DNA of 61,821 bases, counting the filler, from Platydemus manokwari (Eukaryota): NCBI GenBank assembly GCA_037951405.1. It is 6 parts of 6 records of this genome, joined end to end, with 100 filler letters (N's around TTAATTAATTAA, not from the genome) between each part and the next. Parts side by side here need not be neighbours in the genome. Positions count along the whole stretch, not along the records: positions 1 to 10,196 come from JBBMOY011159216.1; positions 10,297 to 19,835 come from JBBMOY011235320.1; 4 more parts are not named here. One strand, given 5' to 3'. Positions 1 through 15,050 of the stretch are shown here, in pieces. Position 1 is the first letter of the stretch; every line of letters starts with the position of its first letter. A program made the position numbers and the translations under genes. The notes under the pieces are model-generated. The model saw nothing but the letters and a program-made list of their open reading frames with translations, was not told where the DNA came from and did no database searches.

Positions 1-1809
1 ATTTTGATTTTATTATTCACTCGTATTATTCATAATTATTTTTCTTTTTCTCCTACATTTAAAATTACAATTCTCGCTCACAACGCCCACATTTTAATTA
101 ATTTATTTTTTATCCATGTTTATAATTTATATTATTATTATTATTATTATTCCGCATACTAATTTTTTAATATTATTATTATAATAATAATTATTATTAA
201 TATAACATATAATTTGAATTTTATAATTTTTTATTCTTTTATATACAATTTTTTCTTTTTTCACAAAAATACAATAAATTCATAAATCAAAATAAAGTCA
301 TAAAATACATTTTTTCATGCAAGATCAGAATAATAGTCTTTTTATGCAAGATCAGAATAGTCAGTCAAATTACTCGGCCATGTCTACCTTCCACTGTAGA
401 CTCTGGTAGGAGGAGGTTGATTGAGGTGATTTGATCTTCTGATATAGGGAAGATATGAAGGATGGGCCAGTTGTTGATAGATTTGATGCATTGTTTTGTT
501 GTGTTGTTGTTGTTGATCCCTCGTTCATTCTGCAACAATAATAATCATATATTTCATATTTATCGGGTTGTTGAGTTTTGGGCTTATAAGTCTTGCCAAC
601 AAGTGAGTTCGATGAGATTGATCTGATTTAAAATCAAACAAACTCTCTCGATTATCAGTCTATTTAAATAACAACTGTTTATTATGTAAACTTTTAATAA
701 ATGATAAATCAAAACAAAGACTTTTAAAAGAATATTTTACTATTGAAACCAATCAAATTGCAAAATGATTCTACAAATTACAATTACAATTATGTACAAA
801 TAAATTTATTTAAACTATTAATCGGATCCACAAAGAATTTATTTATCCCAATAAATTAACATTTAGCTCACACAAGTTATGGACGGGATTGGCCAATTCG
901 AATTTAACGAATCGACCTTGTTAATAAAGATTTTAAATTTATAGATTTTAAGATATTAATTCGACTTTTTAATCCTTCGCACCTGTGAAGTTTTTCCGCT
1001 TTGGTACAATATCCAAAATTGCCAATTCTCTTTAAGCTGTCGTTTATGTGTTTCCCGAAGTTTGTTGATTCTCGACGCGATACGAGTATAGTCACAGACA
1101 GTTTTCAGACTTTTCTTTAAGCTTTAAACTTTTTCAGTTGAGATTTTTAAGAGCGAAAGTTTATGATTTTTGGTGCAGATTTATAGTAGTTTAGAAGTGA
1201 AAATTCTAATTAAGAAATTTGAAATATTTTTATTTTTTCACTTCGGAATTAAAATTATTTTATTTTTCGAGACTCAGATATTGTCAAAACAAGTTGAAGT
1301 TATAATTAAACAATAAGGAAAAAATAAATCGTCGATCCAAATTCCTACAAATAGATAATCCAGCTGAATAAATATAACTCAAGTAAGTTAAAACAAGAAG
1401 TTGGTGTGATTTCTTTGCAACAAATAAAACTGCACGAATTTATGCACCAACCCAATGTAACTCCGATCTCATGATTTTTGAGATCTATTAATTTCAAAAA
1501 ACAATATTTGCTTGTATTGTTTTAAATAGATTTTGAAGTTATAATAATTATTTCTTTCTTAAGGTACAGCTTATGATCCAAAATTACTAAATAACATGTT
1601 ATATATTCGCCAAATTGGATTTTGAATTAATTTTATGAATTAAGTTTAATGGTCAAAAGAGTTTTGTTTAAATATTCTATTTTCTTAATAAGTAAACAGA
1701 TTAATAATATTCTTATAAAATTTTAATATTCCATAAGTCCTCTTTTAAACTCACAAAGATTTAATATTATTTTCATTTTAATTTAATAATAATTACTTTT
1801 CTATTATCC

Positions 1810-2612
1810 ATGGGTTTATTTGGAGAGAAAAAAGTAGATCCGCGTGAAAAGGTTCGGCAAATGCAGGCCTGCATTAGAAAAGAAGAGAGAAAATTGGATA
1901 GAGATATCAATACAATTGATAGATCAATGAAAAAGCAAGAAATGGAAATTAAATCATATGGTAAACAAGGAAATATCGATGCAGCTAAGATTCTTGCTAA
2001 AGAATTAGTCAATGCTCGAAAATCTGTTTCAAGATTATATTCTGCCAAAGCACAAATGAATTCCGTTATTATGAATTTGAATCATCAAGCTTCTTTGGTC
2101 AGGATGGCAGGTACTCTTCAGAGGAGTACAGAAGTGATGAAAACAATGTCCGCATTAATAAAGGTGCTAATTATAATTATTCAAAATTTGTTTTGTAATT
2201 TTGTAGTTAAAATTCATTTAAAGATTTTTAAATATTAAATTTTAAAGTAGTAAATTAGAAAAAAATAAAATTTAGAGATTAAAGCAAGTCATGATTATAG
2301 ATTCCAGAAATTCAGAAAACCATGTGCGAACTCAGTAAAGAAATGACAAAAGCTGGTATAATGGAAGAATTAATCAACGATACCATGGAAAATACAATGG
2401 AAGGCGGTGAAGAACTCGAGGAAGCTGCCCAAGCTGAAGTTGATAAAATCCTCTATGATTTGACTGCTGGAGCAATGGGACAGGCACCCGATGCTGTGAG
2501 AGACACACTTCCTTCCGGTACACCTGTGGCACGAGGTGCCACTGCAGCTGAAGATGATAGCGATGAGGATTTCGATGCAATGAAAGCCCGTTTGGAAGCA
2601 TTGCGTAGTTAA
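1810..2612 (+). CDS. CHMP3: Charged multivesicular body protein 3 (ESCRT-III Vps24); exons 1810-2163 and 2301-2612
   Basis: MGLFG...KEERKLDRDI...AKILAKELVNARKSVSRLYSAKAQMNSV...MAGTLQRSTEVMKTM is the Snf7-family CHMP3 pattern. A GT-AG intron at 2164-2300 joins ...LIK|IPEIQKTMCELSKEMTKAGIMEE in frame, and the protein ends in the MIM-like MKARLEALRS*. Confidence 0.96.
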
Positions 2613-5600
2613 TCAGTAAATAAACAAAAACATCGGCCTAACAACAAGTTCGACCTATCGAAACACGAGTTATTGAAAAATATTTTATTATATCAGTTCA
2701 GTTTTTGAAATTATATTTTGTGAATGATATTTGATTGAGTATATTTTATTGATGGAATGAAAAATGATTGATGTGTGATAATATAAGATTATTATTTCTT
2801 GAACTCATTTCATTGTCCAGTCATGTTTATTCCAATCTATGTTTCAAAATTCATTGGCAATAAAATTCGAAATGAGTTCCTTTTATATATATTTCTGCAA
2901 CAGCATTTGTAATGTTTTCTGTGCAATTATCATGAATCCTTTTCAAGAACTAACAGACACGTGTGGTCCATCACAAGCCATAGTGAAATCTACATCTTTT
3001 TCGAGGTTTCTATTTTGAAATACTAATATATATGAACGCAGACATCAACTTGCAATATAGCTTATAATAAACTTAAATTGGATTTGATAAATAAATTGTT
3101 AATTCGTTCACCATAATATTATTTTAGTTTATTTTGAACAATATCGTTATAGCTATTTTTAGATCAAATATTGGCTTAATTTAAAGAAAAGGGTCATTTG
3201 ACCTACTTTCGCTACAACGAATTTTCGCGCATGAAATAATTTAATAACTTAATTTATTATATAACTGATATGATTTATTTATTCATATAATTGAGTTAAT
3301 ATCTTATTTTTAGAGATGTTTAATACTGACAAAGCATAGATTTAAAGCCAAGTTCCTATTCTAATCACAATACGTCTATATGTTTATTAAGGTTTTTAAA
3401 TTAAAATTTTTATAATTATAAATTGAGTTAGTTAATAAAAGATATGTTTAATAATATCATTGCTTACTCTTATAAAATAATTGTAAAAATTGAGAATATC
3501 TCTCAGTTTACTTCTAATATTAAAAAAGGAGTACTCACTAATTTTCAATAAATTCCAATTCGACCTACTTTTTTAATTTTTACAAAAAAATCAAATTTTG
3601 GGAGGTTTTTAAGCTCTAGTCTATTTAATGTTTGATTTCAAACAACTAAAATTCTTCTTAAGTGCTTAAATAAAAAATTTAAAATGTTTTTAAAGAATAC
3701 AATTAAATAAACTATATAGATTTTTGCAATACACTCAACAAATTTAAAATTTCTTTTTAGGACCCTACTTTTTAACTTTAACTTTGAATTGATGTAATCA
3801 AGTTATATTGTGCAGTATATGATAAAATCGATCAAAATCCATAAGGAAACCATTTGAATAATCATCAAAGGCTTGATACACAACAATCTGATAAGCAGAA
3901 ATCAATAGCCAATTATTGACCTTCAGATTATCATTTTCCAAATGGATTTCGATTTTCAATTTGCATACACCCAAAACATAAAAGTAATACAATTCTAACA
4001 AATGCAAAACAAAGTTGCAAGACTACATAATAATGCATACGCCAAGTATCTAAAAGAAATAAGCTCGATTTTTCTTGGTTGATAAATTATGTTGTTATTT
4101 TTGTGCTTCCATTGAGTGATTCTCTTGATTGGTGGATCCAAGGTCCTACTTGATGCTGAATGAAATATATCTATCAGTGAACTGCACATTATTTTGAATG
4201 ACTAGATTTCTAAAAATATAAATTTTAAATTAATTTTTATTTCATCGATTTTTTCAATTGAATGGATTTTATAATCAATTTCTATAACAATTTTACCATT
4301 GAAAATCAAAAAATACATTGACAAAAACAAATAGAAGAATACTCGGCATTCATATTAGTCGAATAAACAATAAAATAAAATTTAAGACGAAACGAGATGA
4401 ACATTATTCAATGCTAAACGATATTCAATGTTAGGACCAATTAAAGTTTCTATTTATTATTGAGAGCAATAATAAATGGTGACAGAGATTTAGCTGCAAT
4501 TACTATTCTTGTTTCAAACCTGTTGTTGATATCGATTGAATTAAAAATATCAAGACTAATGAATTAAAAAATGAAGATTAGAACATCTGCACAACCTTTC
4601 TGAATCTCATTTGGATAAAAATGAAAATATTCTTTATGGTAAATTATAGTTCCGGACCAATTTAGTTAATAAAATACAAAAAATAATTTAAAGCTATTGA
4701 TTAATTTGTAAACATAACATTTTTCAGTCCAATTTTGAATATTTTACTGTGTTTTCTGGTCACAATTAGATATAAACTCCAATTAATGAGGAATTACTAT
4801 TACCGTCGGTTCTAATCACATGTGTACTGCTTATCAAAATGTATCAACAAGAGTTAAGCAAATAATTATTTGCACTTAATATTTTAAGATTTTTTAATAT
4901 TTGATTCAAGAGTTTGTACTTTAGAGAGTTTTTATTTCAATGTCAGAGTTATTATTGCGTTAATTTTTTTCTGTTTTTAATAAATTCTGTGGTGGACATT
5001 TGATTACGGAAAAAAACCGCTTGAAGGCGAGTCCATACGAATAACTCTTTTGTGAGATAATCATATATATTATGCAAATATATAAAGACAGATCAATTTG
5101 CATATTTTCTAAAGAACGAATAACGAACAAGGAAGTGGAAAATAAATGTAAATAATTAATTGCAAACATCTATCAACAGCTCTGTATTATTATAATATAT
5201 AAAAAATAATATTAATATTAAAAATCAAATTAAAAAAATTCCGATAATCTCAGAAACAAGGAAGGAAATAAAGAATATAAGTATAAAGAGAATAGGCAGA
5301 AATTATATTTTGTGTGGACCATCAAACAACTCCGGATTAAGCATTTATTCCGTGTGAATCAAGGTAATTATTCTAAAAATAAGTCATGCTAATTTCCTTC
5401 ATAAAGAAATCACCTGATTTACCATAGGCAATAATTATTCCGGCTTCATTTCTCTCAGTTGATTACAAATTGTTCTCCGTTTATGTTGGATAGAAAATAA
5501 TTGAAGACGCAGTATATTTTATGACCCGTTTATTGGGTTTATAAATTCTTCTACCAATGTGAAGTTATTTTTTTAATGAAGTGACATCTAAATAATAAAA

Positions 5601-7049
5601 ATATAATAAATTAAAAATTATTAAAATATTTATTTTTAATCTTTTTATAATGTTTTCGTTTAATATGAAACAGTATTGATAAAGATAACGGTTTGGTTTA
5701 AAAATAATCGAATAATAACCACACCTATAAAATGTACAAATATATGCATTTCCGTCTGTAGAGACTAACCGCTTTGTTAAACATTTATGGATGATTGTCA
5801 TACAATTTCATTTAATGAGTTTCAGAATATTTTTTCTTAAAATTCGGAAAAGAATCAAAACAACTCCGTACCCTGCTTAAAGTTTGACTTTATCACACAT
5901 TGGGGTAAATATTTCTTTCAGTTCTTTACAAAAGTATTTGTGATTTATAATTTTAATATCTCTAATTTCATCCATAAGCTGGTTAATCACATGTCTTGGT
6001 CATATTTATATTTAGAAAACCAAGATTATAATTTATTAAATGGTGTCATAGCTTCTTAAGTGGTGAAAATTAATCGAATTAAAATATAGTAAAGAAAATT
6101 TTTTAATAATAAAACATTTGATGTTATATTGGAGGTCCTGGTTTAATTATTCTTATCAGGTTTTTGGTTTTAGGTCCCCACAACTGTTCTAAACATTTCT
6201 TACTGGTATTTTCAGGTATGTAAGGCTCGTAGTTTCACCCATATTTAAAATGATATGTGGTTTTTATCGATTTTATTAATTTCAATTCATATTTTCATTA
6301 ATTTCAAGTAAAACTCGTCCTCAAATAAAGTCCGTACGTAAAAATTGTGACGAAATTATTTGAATAAGTACTGTATTCAAATTATAAATATGAGACATAA
6401 TTTTAAATCATATATAACTTAATATGTATATATATATATATGTATGTATCTTCAAGCTAATTATTTATTATTATATTTGAATTTCAAAGCCCACTAATGG
6501 TAATAGATTTATCAAAATTAATGCAAATTGCAATCGGAAAATCTAACAGAAATAATACTACTTGTAATCAATTCATATTTTCTAAATTTAATAATCACTC
6601 TTCACTTATATCAGTCTCTGTCAATATATTGACAATGGTTGTGTAGAGTTGAAAAGAATTAAGATAAGATAATTGTATTTAGTTGTTATATTTGCCAGAC
6701 AGAATCGAGATGATATCTCTGGTGATATCTAAATAAACTTAGGATAACAAATCTTTTGGTTTTTAAGAAATTGAATAATTCCAGTTAGCATATTATATAA
6801 TTTCTTAATATAATATCATATTTATTGAGATTTTTTACATATAAAAGTTGTTTAATATTATTAATTAGACTCCTTAGGTTGTTATTATTTAATCTATTTA
6901 TAATTGTAATGATTTTAAAATCAATCAATTTTGAGATGATTATTTTAAATAGAAAATATATTGATATTAAAAAAATATATATAAATGATAAATTTAATTA
7001 GTTTAAATATATTGATTTTTTGATATTGCTTAGATATATTTTCAAACTT

Positions 7050-7210
7050 TGTTTGATAAAATTGGATCACTTGACGTGGTGATCATGTTTTGGACTCAGT
7101 TCTAAGAAGATCAATACGAAAATTATAGAAAAGAAGAAAAAAGAGAGAACATATAGGGAACAAATAGAGATAAATAAATATGAAGAGAATATAAAGAATA
7201 TATAAAGAAT
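7050..7210 (+). repeat. Dispersed repeat, related to an inverted copy at ~40262-40445
   Basis: tggtgatcatgttttggactcagttctaagaaga followed by a purine-rich tract aligns by eye with the reverse complement of 40262-40445 (tggtgactacgcatctggattcgattctgagaaga plus purine-rich tract). Confidence 0.45.
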
Positions 7211-10196
7211 TTCATAAAGAGAAAAGAAAAGGTAGCAAATAAATAGGGAAGGTTATAACAAGAAATGCGAATAAAATCATCGATTTTAAAGAAAGAGGTG
7301 TGAGGATTTTAAAATTAATTAATTTTTAAATAATAATTTTAAATAGAAAAATATTTTCCTAATTATAAAAGTTAGTAGCAAATCAAAATTTTATTTCTTT
7401 GAAAAATATGTTTTATTAGTCAAAAAGCTTTCAATTTAACTATTTTCAGTTTTCGTTCTCAAGTTTATACTAATTGATGATGTTGTTATAATTATTAGCA
7501 AGAGCTATCAATGGTTAATGAACACTGCAGCCAGACATTAATTGGTTACAATAATCCAATAGTTAACTTTACAAAATTCCTGAAAGACACAAGTAGTTTT
7601 TAGTTCGTCAACCAATGACATATCAAGGCATTAACATTTTCTGGCACCAGACACAATGATGAAGACCTGAAGTCTTTCACATGTTACAAATACTGCTTCT
7701 ACGCAAATATTTGACTGAATAAAGCTGTTTAAGATATTATACCAATAACTGTTCAGTTTCCTTCATATGAGACGCTTTTCACTTTCTGGATTATGAGATT
7801 CTTATCGGTATTTAATCTTGTAGTGAACCTGATTCGTTAGCACTTAACTGTGATTCTCTTACTATAGAAATCAATTTTTATTTCTTCATTTCAGGTACTA
7901 TTGACTCATCAGTGCTAGTTCTTTCCAAGCCTCTTGCATGTTCAACTTGCTGATTGATTTCATAAAATTTTCGTAAATTAAACAATAATACCGGCTACGA
8001 TGATCTACGTCCGAGGACCAGTTTCTTATAACGACAAAATAATGATTTAACTATCAATACTTTATGCAAAAGGCATTTAAAGGAAGAACAACAAAACATG
8101 TCGCATATTTTTTGAAAACAAATGGTACCATCCATTGAGCAATATGATAAATTTCACTGTCTTTTAATTATTTGATTTTGAAATCAACGGTCTAAATTAG
8201 TATTTTAAATTATAATTTATTAGAAAAAATTAACTTAAAGGTACAATTTGAATATTTTGATAAAAGATATTTTTCCTGATCATTTTAAAAGGTTCGATTT
8301 CAATTCCTATATAATAATATTTTGATAGTCAAAATATTAAGATAATGATTGGATAAAGTAACTCAATTTTCTGTTATGCACGAATCGACCCCGAAATCTA
8401 AAAATTCGAATGTTCCTTACTAATTGGCAACAAATCCTTGCCAACTTAAAACGAAAGCTTTAAAAATAGAGAACTTATCAATTTTTATAATCAGGGCACA
8501 AGATTATGGCTATAGATATGATTATCTGTTGAATATCTCGTCACAAAATTTCGAATAATACTTTTAAATCGTTCCCGATTGCTTTAATAATCGATTAATG
8601 TATAAATATTTTCTGAAATGCATCATTCAAAGTTATTTGCTTCCAAAATGCTCACGATTCTTGTCTAGAATTGTGTTTGCTGTTAACTGAATGTTGAGTC
8701 AGCTTGTAAAATGTTGTTTATCTACCCTTCTGTATAGTGGCATCTGTTTTCTTTGATATTCTCAATGTCATTTTGTATTTGTAACAGTAGCTTTACTTAT
8801 TATTTTCTCTGGCATTCTTATTCTAATCTCGTGCTTTGACCAGTCATCCTGTGACGACCAACTAGGACAAAGACTAATTAACTATATCCTGGCTTTGAAA
8901 TATGATTTTATTAGTTTATATTTCATTTTTTCTTATTTTTATAATATTATATTATATATAATATTATAATATGATATATATTATTATATTATATCTCTAA
9001 ATGATTTTAAATTTGTGTCTTTTCTATCTCATTTGTTTAAATATTTTAGATAAAGCATCTACAATCATATTTTAAAATTTTATGTTATTATTCATTGTTT
9101 TATCCATTTATGTTGGCTTTTAGTATTTCGTAAAGGTTAAATTAAAAACCAATCTAAGAAATTCAATCAATAAAAGTATATTAAACCAAAATTTATTTTA
9201 CATTTAAAATTCTTTATAAATTTTTATAAAGCACGCATTCCCTTTATTGAAAATCTCAATTTTTCTTCGCATTCTTGTGATTGAATTCTCTGGATTTTCT
9301 GTATTTTTATATCGAATTCATTTTATCTTTAATATTCTTTATATCATCCATATTTTCTATATCTTTTATACTTTTATATGATTAATCTTCACAAAATCTC
9401 ATTTAACCAGCTGCTAATAGATCATAAAATACGAATGAAATACGAATAAAAGACAGTCGATCGTCAAAAGTATTTTTTTTCCATGAAAATATTTAAAAAA
9501 AAATTGCAACAATTGTAAATGATATATTACAACTTTAAAATCCTCTCATTTCCATGTATTTACAACGTAATATAATTTAGATTAAATTATATTATAATTA
9601 AAATAACAATTATATAATTCACTGCTTTGGTGTTACATCATATTCGAGTTTATGCTTTGAAAATTTATCGAGAAATTAATAATATTTTCTAAATGCTTGA
9701 TAAATTTTTCATTAATAAATAGGGGGATTCATTTATAATCATGAATTATTTCTCCATGCACGTGCTTCAAAATACAATCAAACCCCCAGGAGAACAATAC
9801 AGATAATAGACCTATTAATAATTAATATCCCACGTAAACCATTTTAATGTATTTGTTTTATAATAAATGAAAAATAATTATTTATTACAATGGAAAATTG
9901 TCTTGTACGTTGTCGTACGGAAAGAAGAACACATCAACAATTTTAATGTTATTTTACAAAGTGTATTTTACAATGAATTGAACATTAAACCACACTCACA
10001 GAAAACAATTACCAATAGAGATGGTATTTAGCCAAACATGTTGGTTCGTTGACTTGACTAATTAAATAGAAGGTTGGTTGCTTAATATTGTTGAGTGAAG
10101 ACAAAATCCTGAAAAAGAAAAAAACGATTTCGTACCTTGAAACCCTTGTTTTAGCAATTTAAACATTGGCACACCTACATAATCATACAAGCTTGA

Positions 10197-10296
10197 NNNN
10201 NNNNNNNNNNNNNNNNNNNNNNNNNNNNNNNNNNNNNNNNTTAATTAATTAANNNNNNNNNNNNNNNNNNNNNNNNNNNNNNNNNNNNNNNNNNNN
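10197..10296. other. Artificial assembly spacer N44-TTAATTAATTAA-N44
   Basis: Identical 100-nt structure occurs five times; the 12-mer puts stop codons in all six frames. Confidence 0.97.
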
Positions 10297-10911
10297 AAAG
10301 ATTAGAAATTATATTTTATATTAAGTAAATATAAATTATTACTCATTATAGTTAGTAATAAATTTAAAAGATTTCAAGTATATTATTTCCAGAATCTTCC
10401 GGGAAAATGTTTTTACAGCGGTAAAATTTCATTGACAAAAAATTAGAGAACACGTTTTCTCAAATCAATTAATAAATTAATTAACAAAAAATTAATTAAT
10501 AAAAAATACTTTCTCATTTCATTTTAATACTTTAGAGGGTTTGTTAACAATTTATTTTCGAGTTTACTTAAATGTAATTAGATTAACATATTTAACTAAT
10601 TATTTTTATATTTAATTTATACATTAAACTCAACGAAGATTATCCTAGGGTTATTTTCATTGATTACTCAAATTTTTTAAAGTTTATAAATTCATTCATA
10701 AAATTCATTTATTAATTATATCTTTAGGGCAGAACAAGAAAAATGCCGTGATGAATAACGGCAAACCAAATGAATATAGGACCAATCAAATTCATTCTAA
10801 TAAAACCACCTTATTTTGAATTTATACAAACGATATGGTATTATTTAAAAATGTTGAATAAAATCATGGGAGCTGATCTTATATATACACACACACATAT
10901 ATATATATATA

Positions 10912-11447
10912 TGTCGGGTTGACAATCAACCATTAAACCTGAAAATTATATTAACTAAAAATATCACAAGCTCAATCACAATAAATGCAGTCAAACCTCT
11001 TTTCACGTCAACGATAATCTATCATACAAGATGGGATCAGCACCGAAAAGTCAAAGACAGAATAGAAAACAACTATAAAGACTGGTTGCTGATAATCACG
11101 TAACGTAAAAATTAATAATGCATAAGTTACCGACTAAACAGGACTGGTAGTTGCTCATGGAACACAATCTCTTTTATAGACTTATTGAGTGTGTCTGCTT
11201 GATGTCACGGATCTTCGTTTTCCTTTTGCTGAATTCGTTCGTACAACGACCTGTTTGCAATGTTTCATGTATCTCTTATGCTATTGGCAGATATTCGACT
11301 TTGCTACTATTTGTAACTATGTGCCTGACAATTCTTAGCTTCTAATTATAGATTAACATTAGAACAAATTTGGTTGGCTGAGAGTACATGTGCTTATCGG
11401 ATTTCTGTGTGTCGATCCTTTTGGTTGATTTTGTGATCTACCCAACA
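10912..11447. mobile_element. Solo LTR (Ty3/gypsy- or BEL-type), 536 bp, inserted in a (TA)n tract
   Basis: Starts TGTCGGGT and ends ACCCAACA (7/8 inverted match, TG...CA termini). It is flanked by TATA repeats on both sides, and a diverged partial copy begins at 12859. Confidence 0.7.
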
Positions 11448-12858
11448 TATATATAGCTAGTAAGTTTGTTTTACAAGATCCTATTAACCTATTAACCTAT
11501 TTTACAAGATCCTATTAACCCTAACCCTATTGAAAAACATTTATCTTTACCGACTATCGGAAATATTTAGAATAAAAAACAGTTTAAAATACGAAGCCAA
11601 AATGCAATAAAATTTAGTTAATCAGAATCATCTTAATCTGGACAAAATTTCTTGCACTGATATGATATCTCGAGATGGCATAATAATCTTTATAAAACTT
11701 TATTACAAGACAAAAGATATTCGCCGCTCATCCGACAGCAAATTGATTGGCTTCTATTCCACTAGTTTTTATGACTTCTCGAGAAAACAGTTTCAACAAG
11801 CAGAACTGTACAAGTTTCAATGATATTTCAATATTTTGTTAATTCAGATCTTATTATTCGAATGCATTCAGAAGCACATTAGAAAAAAAATTCTTTTAAT
11901 TAGAATTCTTAGTTTGAACTTGCAGTGAACGAGTAAAATTTATGCTGTGTTGCCATGATTACAAAGCTTATGTTCATTATAAGACTAGAAGCACGAAAAT
12001 ACATGCGTGTGTTTGCGAGAAGTTGCATCACAATGTCACATTTACATACACACTCACTCAAGTCAAAAATATACTAAATGAATTAGGTCTGATGAAAATC
12101 TACAAATAGAAGATGACTGATTATTTCAGTTACGAAAAAATATGTTGTAACTTTTACAGATAGATGCTTACATGTCTATGTCGTTGAGTATTTAATAATA
12201 ACGATTTCGTATTTATTTCGTTGTACATTGTATCATAGTGAATATTCCAGTTGATTCGAATCGAATTTCTCTGTAATAGTATATTACGATTAACCCGAGT
12301 TTTGTACTCTTTAGAATCGGCATATTGTATGTAGTCGAATAATGGGAGAAATAAATGTCAAAGTTAAAACCATTTAGAGAAATCTCATTCAGATATATGA
12401 TTGATGATTTGTGGAAATAATCATAATCAGAAAAGAATTTCAATTTAAACAACGTTTTAGCATATTTAAACTCAATAGCTTCGAAGTTTCATTTGACTAA
12501 CTGAAAAACGGTTAAGAATAACCGAATAAATTGTGATTTAAAATACACATTTAATATTATTTATGAGTTATGGTTATTCAAAATTTTATAAAATTATAAG
12601 AAACTGTAACATAAATCACGATTGAAAGAAAGTATATTTTAAAACATTTAAACAATAGTAATTGAAATATTAATTGTTGTTGAATTTGTATAAAATACCG
12701 CCCATTTTGAAAAATAAATAATTTTTATCCTACTTACTGAAGTTGTTCATACAAATCTCCACAATAAAAATACAGTTGTTTGAATTGTCGAAAGTTTCCC
12801 AGAAAATATCAGAATTTATTTGGGCAGGAATATCATAATATGTTTTATTTTATAATTA

Positions 12859-13100
12859 TGTTGGGTATTAATAAACAATAAAACCTGAAAATTATAATAT
12901 AAGCTAGAATATCACAAGCTCGATTTGTCATCAGATACAGTTAAAATCGTGTCACAATTCAATAGCGAATTATCATACAAAGACGGGATCAGCACCCGAA
13001 AGTCGAAGAGAGAATAGAAATAATCAAAAAGACCGAATCCTAAAAATCGCGTAAAAGCCAAGAACACAATACAGATCATCGACCAATCATGACTGGCCAT
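12859..13100. mobile_element. Truncated second copy of the 10912 LTR family
   Basis: Starts TGTTGGGT and shares aaacctgaaaattata, aatatcacaagctc, tatcatacaa..gggatcagcacc.aaagtc.aaga.agaatagaaa and gactgg with 10912-11150. Confidence 0.65.
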
Positions 13101-14186
13101 TATTGTCAAAATGGGCTCTTTTTGTAATATTCCTTCACACATTATTACATTGATTCATTTAGACAAATCGTTCTAGACTATTAATTTTAATTTTTTGATT
13201 TAAGAAAATTATTAATGGTTTTCTTTTGGAATATTTCTAAGTATGTTTATTTAGGATTTTTTTTAAATTATATTTTTAGGTTTATTATTTCATACTCGAC
13301 AATTAATAGAGATAAAATTAATTATTTTAAGTTGAAAATATAATTTATTTTTTTGTTAAAAAATTACACTGTTACCATATTTTTACTAGAAAAACACCTT
13401 AACGTTATTCATCATAATTTCCCAGAACCGATACGATTGAACAGTTTTAATGAGAGATAGGGAATCATTGACGATTATAAACTTTACACCTCTATTTAAT
13501 TCTTTGTACAATAATGATATTGAATCCGAGTTATTATCAAGCTGAAGCATAATAAAATCAAATAGACAAATCAATAATAAACACATTTACGGAATAATAT
13601 CGTTTTATTTTTAGGTTGCTAAAAGGATATAATAATGCCTTTATTTTACTATATCGACCATAATTACTCAGTTTGCAATCAACTAAGCAATCTCTTCTTT
13701 ATAGTCAATATTATTACAGATAAATCAGTCTACTGATATGAAAATCCTGATACGATTTCGTCTATTTAATTTATATGTAGTGATAATCGAGTCACTACAT
13801 TGTAGTGCAAAGACTATGAGTGAATTATGTACAACAACTGTGTCACTAGTTATATATTTTATACGTGTACCGATACTAATTTTTATTTCTCGTATTAAAA
13901 TAAAATAAAATTGAGAAATCCATTTAAATCAATATTTTGTGAATATTTATTGATTTGAGAATTAGCCATTGATTTAAAAAATTTATTAATTTAGTTGTCA
14001 TTGAAATATGTTTTGGTTAGACAGTCATTTTGAAATTTGTTGAATGTTAATAAAACACATCCATGTGATTAAATAACGTGTTAATATTGATAAGGACTCA
14101 AAGATTTAAAGTATGATGGTAGTAGCCTCATTTATACTAGGTCAATAATTCCAGAAAATATCACAATGATGATGATGACCTTAGTA

Positions 14187-15050
14187 TGTTGACTTGTACC
14201 ACGATAAAATATACGATGATGCAGTTAAATAAACAATAAAATTATGACCCAAATAATATACTTCCGACATTAAGGCATAATAAAGTTCTACAATGATCAT
14301 CAATGCTTAAGGGAAAAAAGGGCATAGCTACATAAAGCACACATCTAGGGATTGACCAATTTCATTCATGTAAAAACCTAAAAACCCAATAAGAACACAG
14401 AAAGACAAACTCCAAATCAAATTGTACATCATGACACAGACAGAGATACACAGAGATCACGAGTATAAAAGCAATATAAAAATGGATAACTCCTGGTTGG
14501 AAGCCAGATTTGAGTGAAGTTATTGTACTTGTATTTTGATAATCGTGCTGTATGTCAGTTATTGAGTTGTATATATATTAATTGGGAGTCAGAAGTTTGT
14601 TATTCATTTATACCCACACTGTGTATCAAATCTTTTGAGGGTTTTCGTAGCTATCTTGCTTTGGTTTGGTTGCAGATTCAACATGTATTCAAAGAAACAA
14701 AGGGCAAACTTCAAATCACAATGGGTTCGACATCCGAAATATCAAAATTACGACAGAATTTATAGACCAAGGAGGATGACAATTACCTTCAAGAGTTGGC
14801 TCATTTTATAGACATAGTGTGTGTGTTGATTTGTTGTCTTGCAGCTTAGATTTTAAACTGTTAGAACTGTCTGAAGACTAGCCTGCTGACAAATATCGGT
14901 CTGTCTCTTATGTTGTTGGTGTATTTCGATCATATTTACTTGCTGCTGACATGCACCGATTGATATTCGAAATCTCATAATAAATAATTTGAAGGCTTAT
15001 GATTGGATGCTGGCACCTGTCTCTACAGTCCTTGTTTGTATCGACAGTTT
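14187..15050. mobile_element. Possible LTR-like remnant
   Basis: GC-richer than its flanks, starts TGTTG, has TATAAAA boxes (~14464-14481), and shares a ttttatagac..gtgtgt motif with the 10912 LTR. Boundaries are not established. Confidence 0.3.

Noticed and set aside
1773-2601. Minus-strand ORFs overlapping CHMP3, and similar antisense ORFs over flotillin, RT and gag
   Set aside because: Antisense shadows of real coding sequence with no independent motifs.
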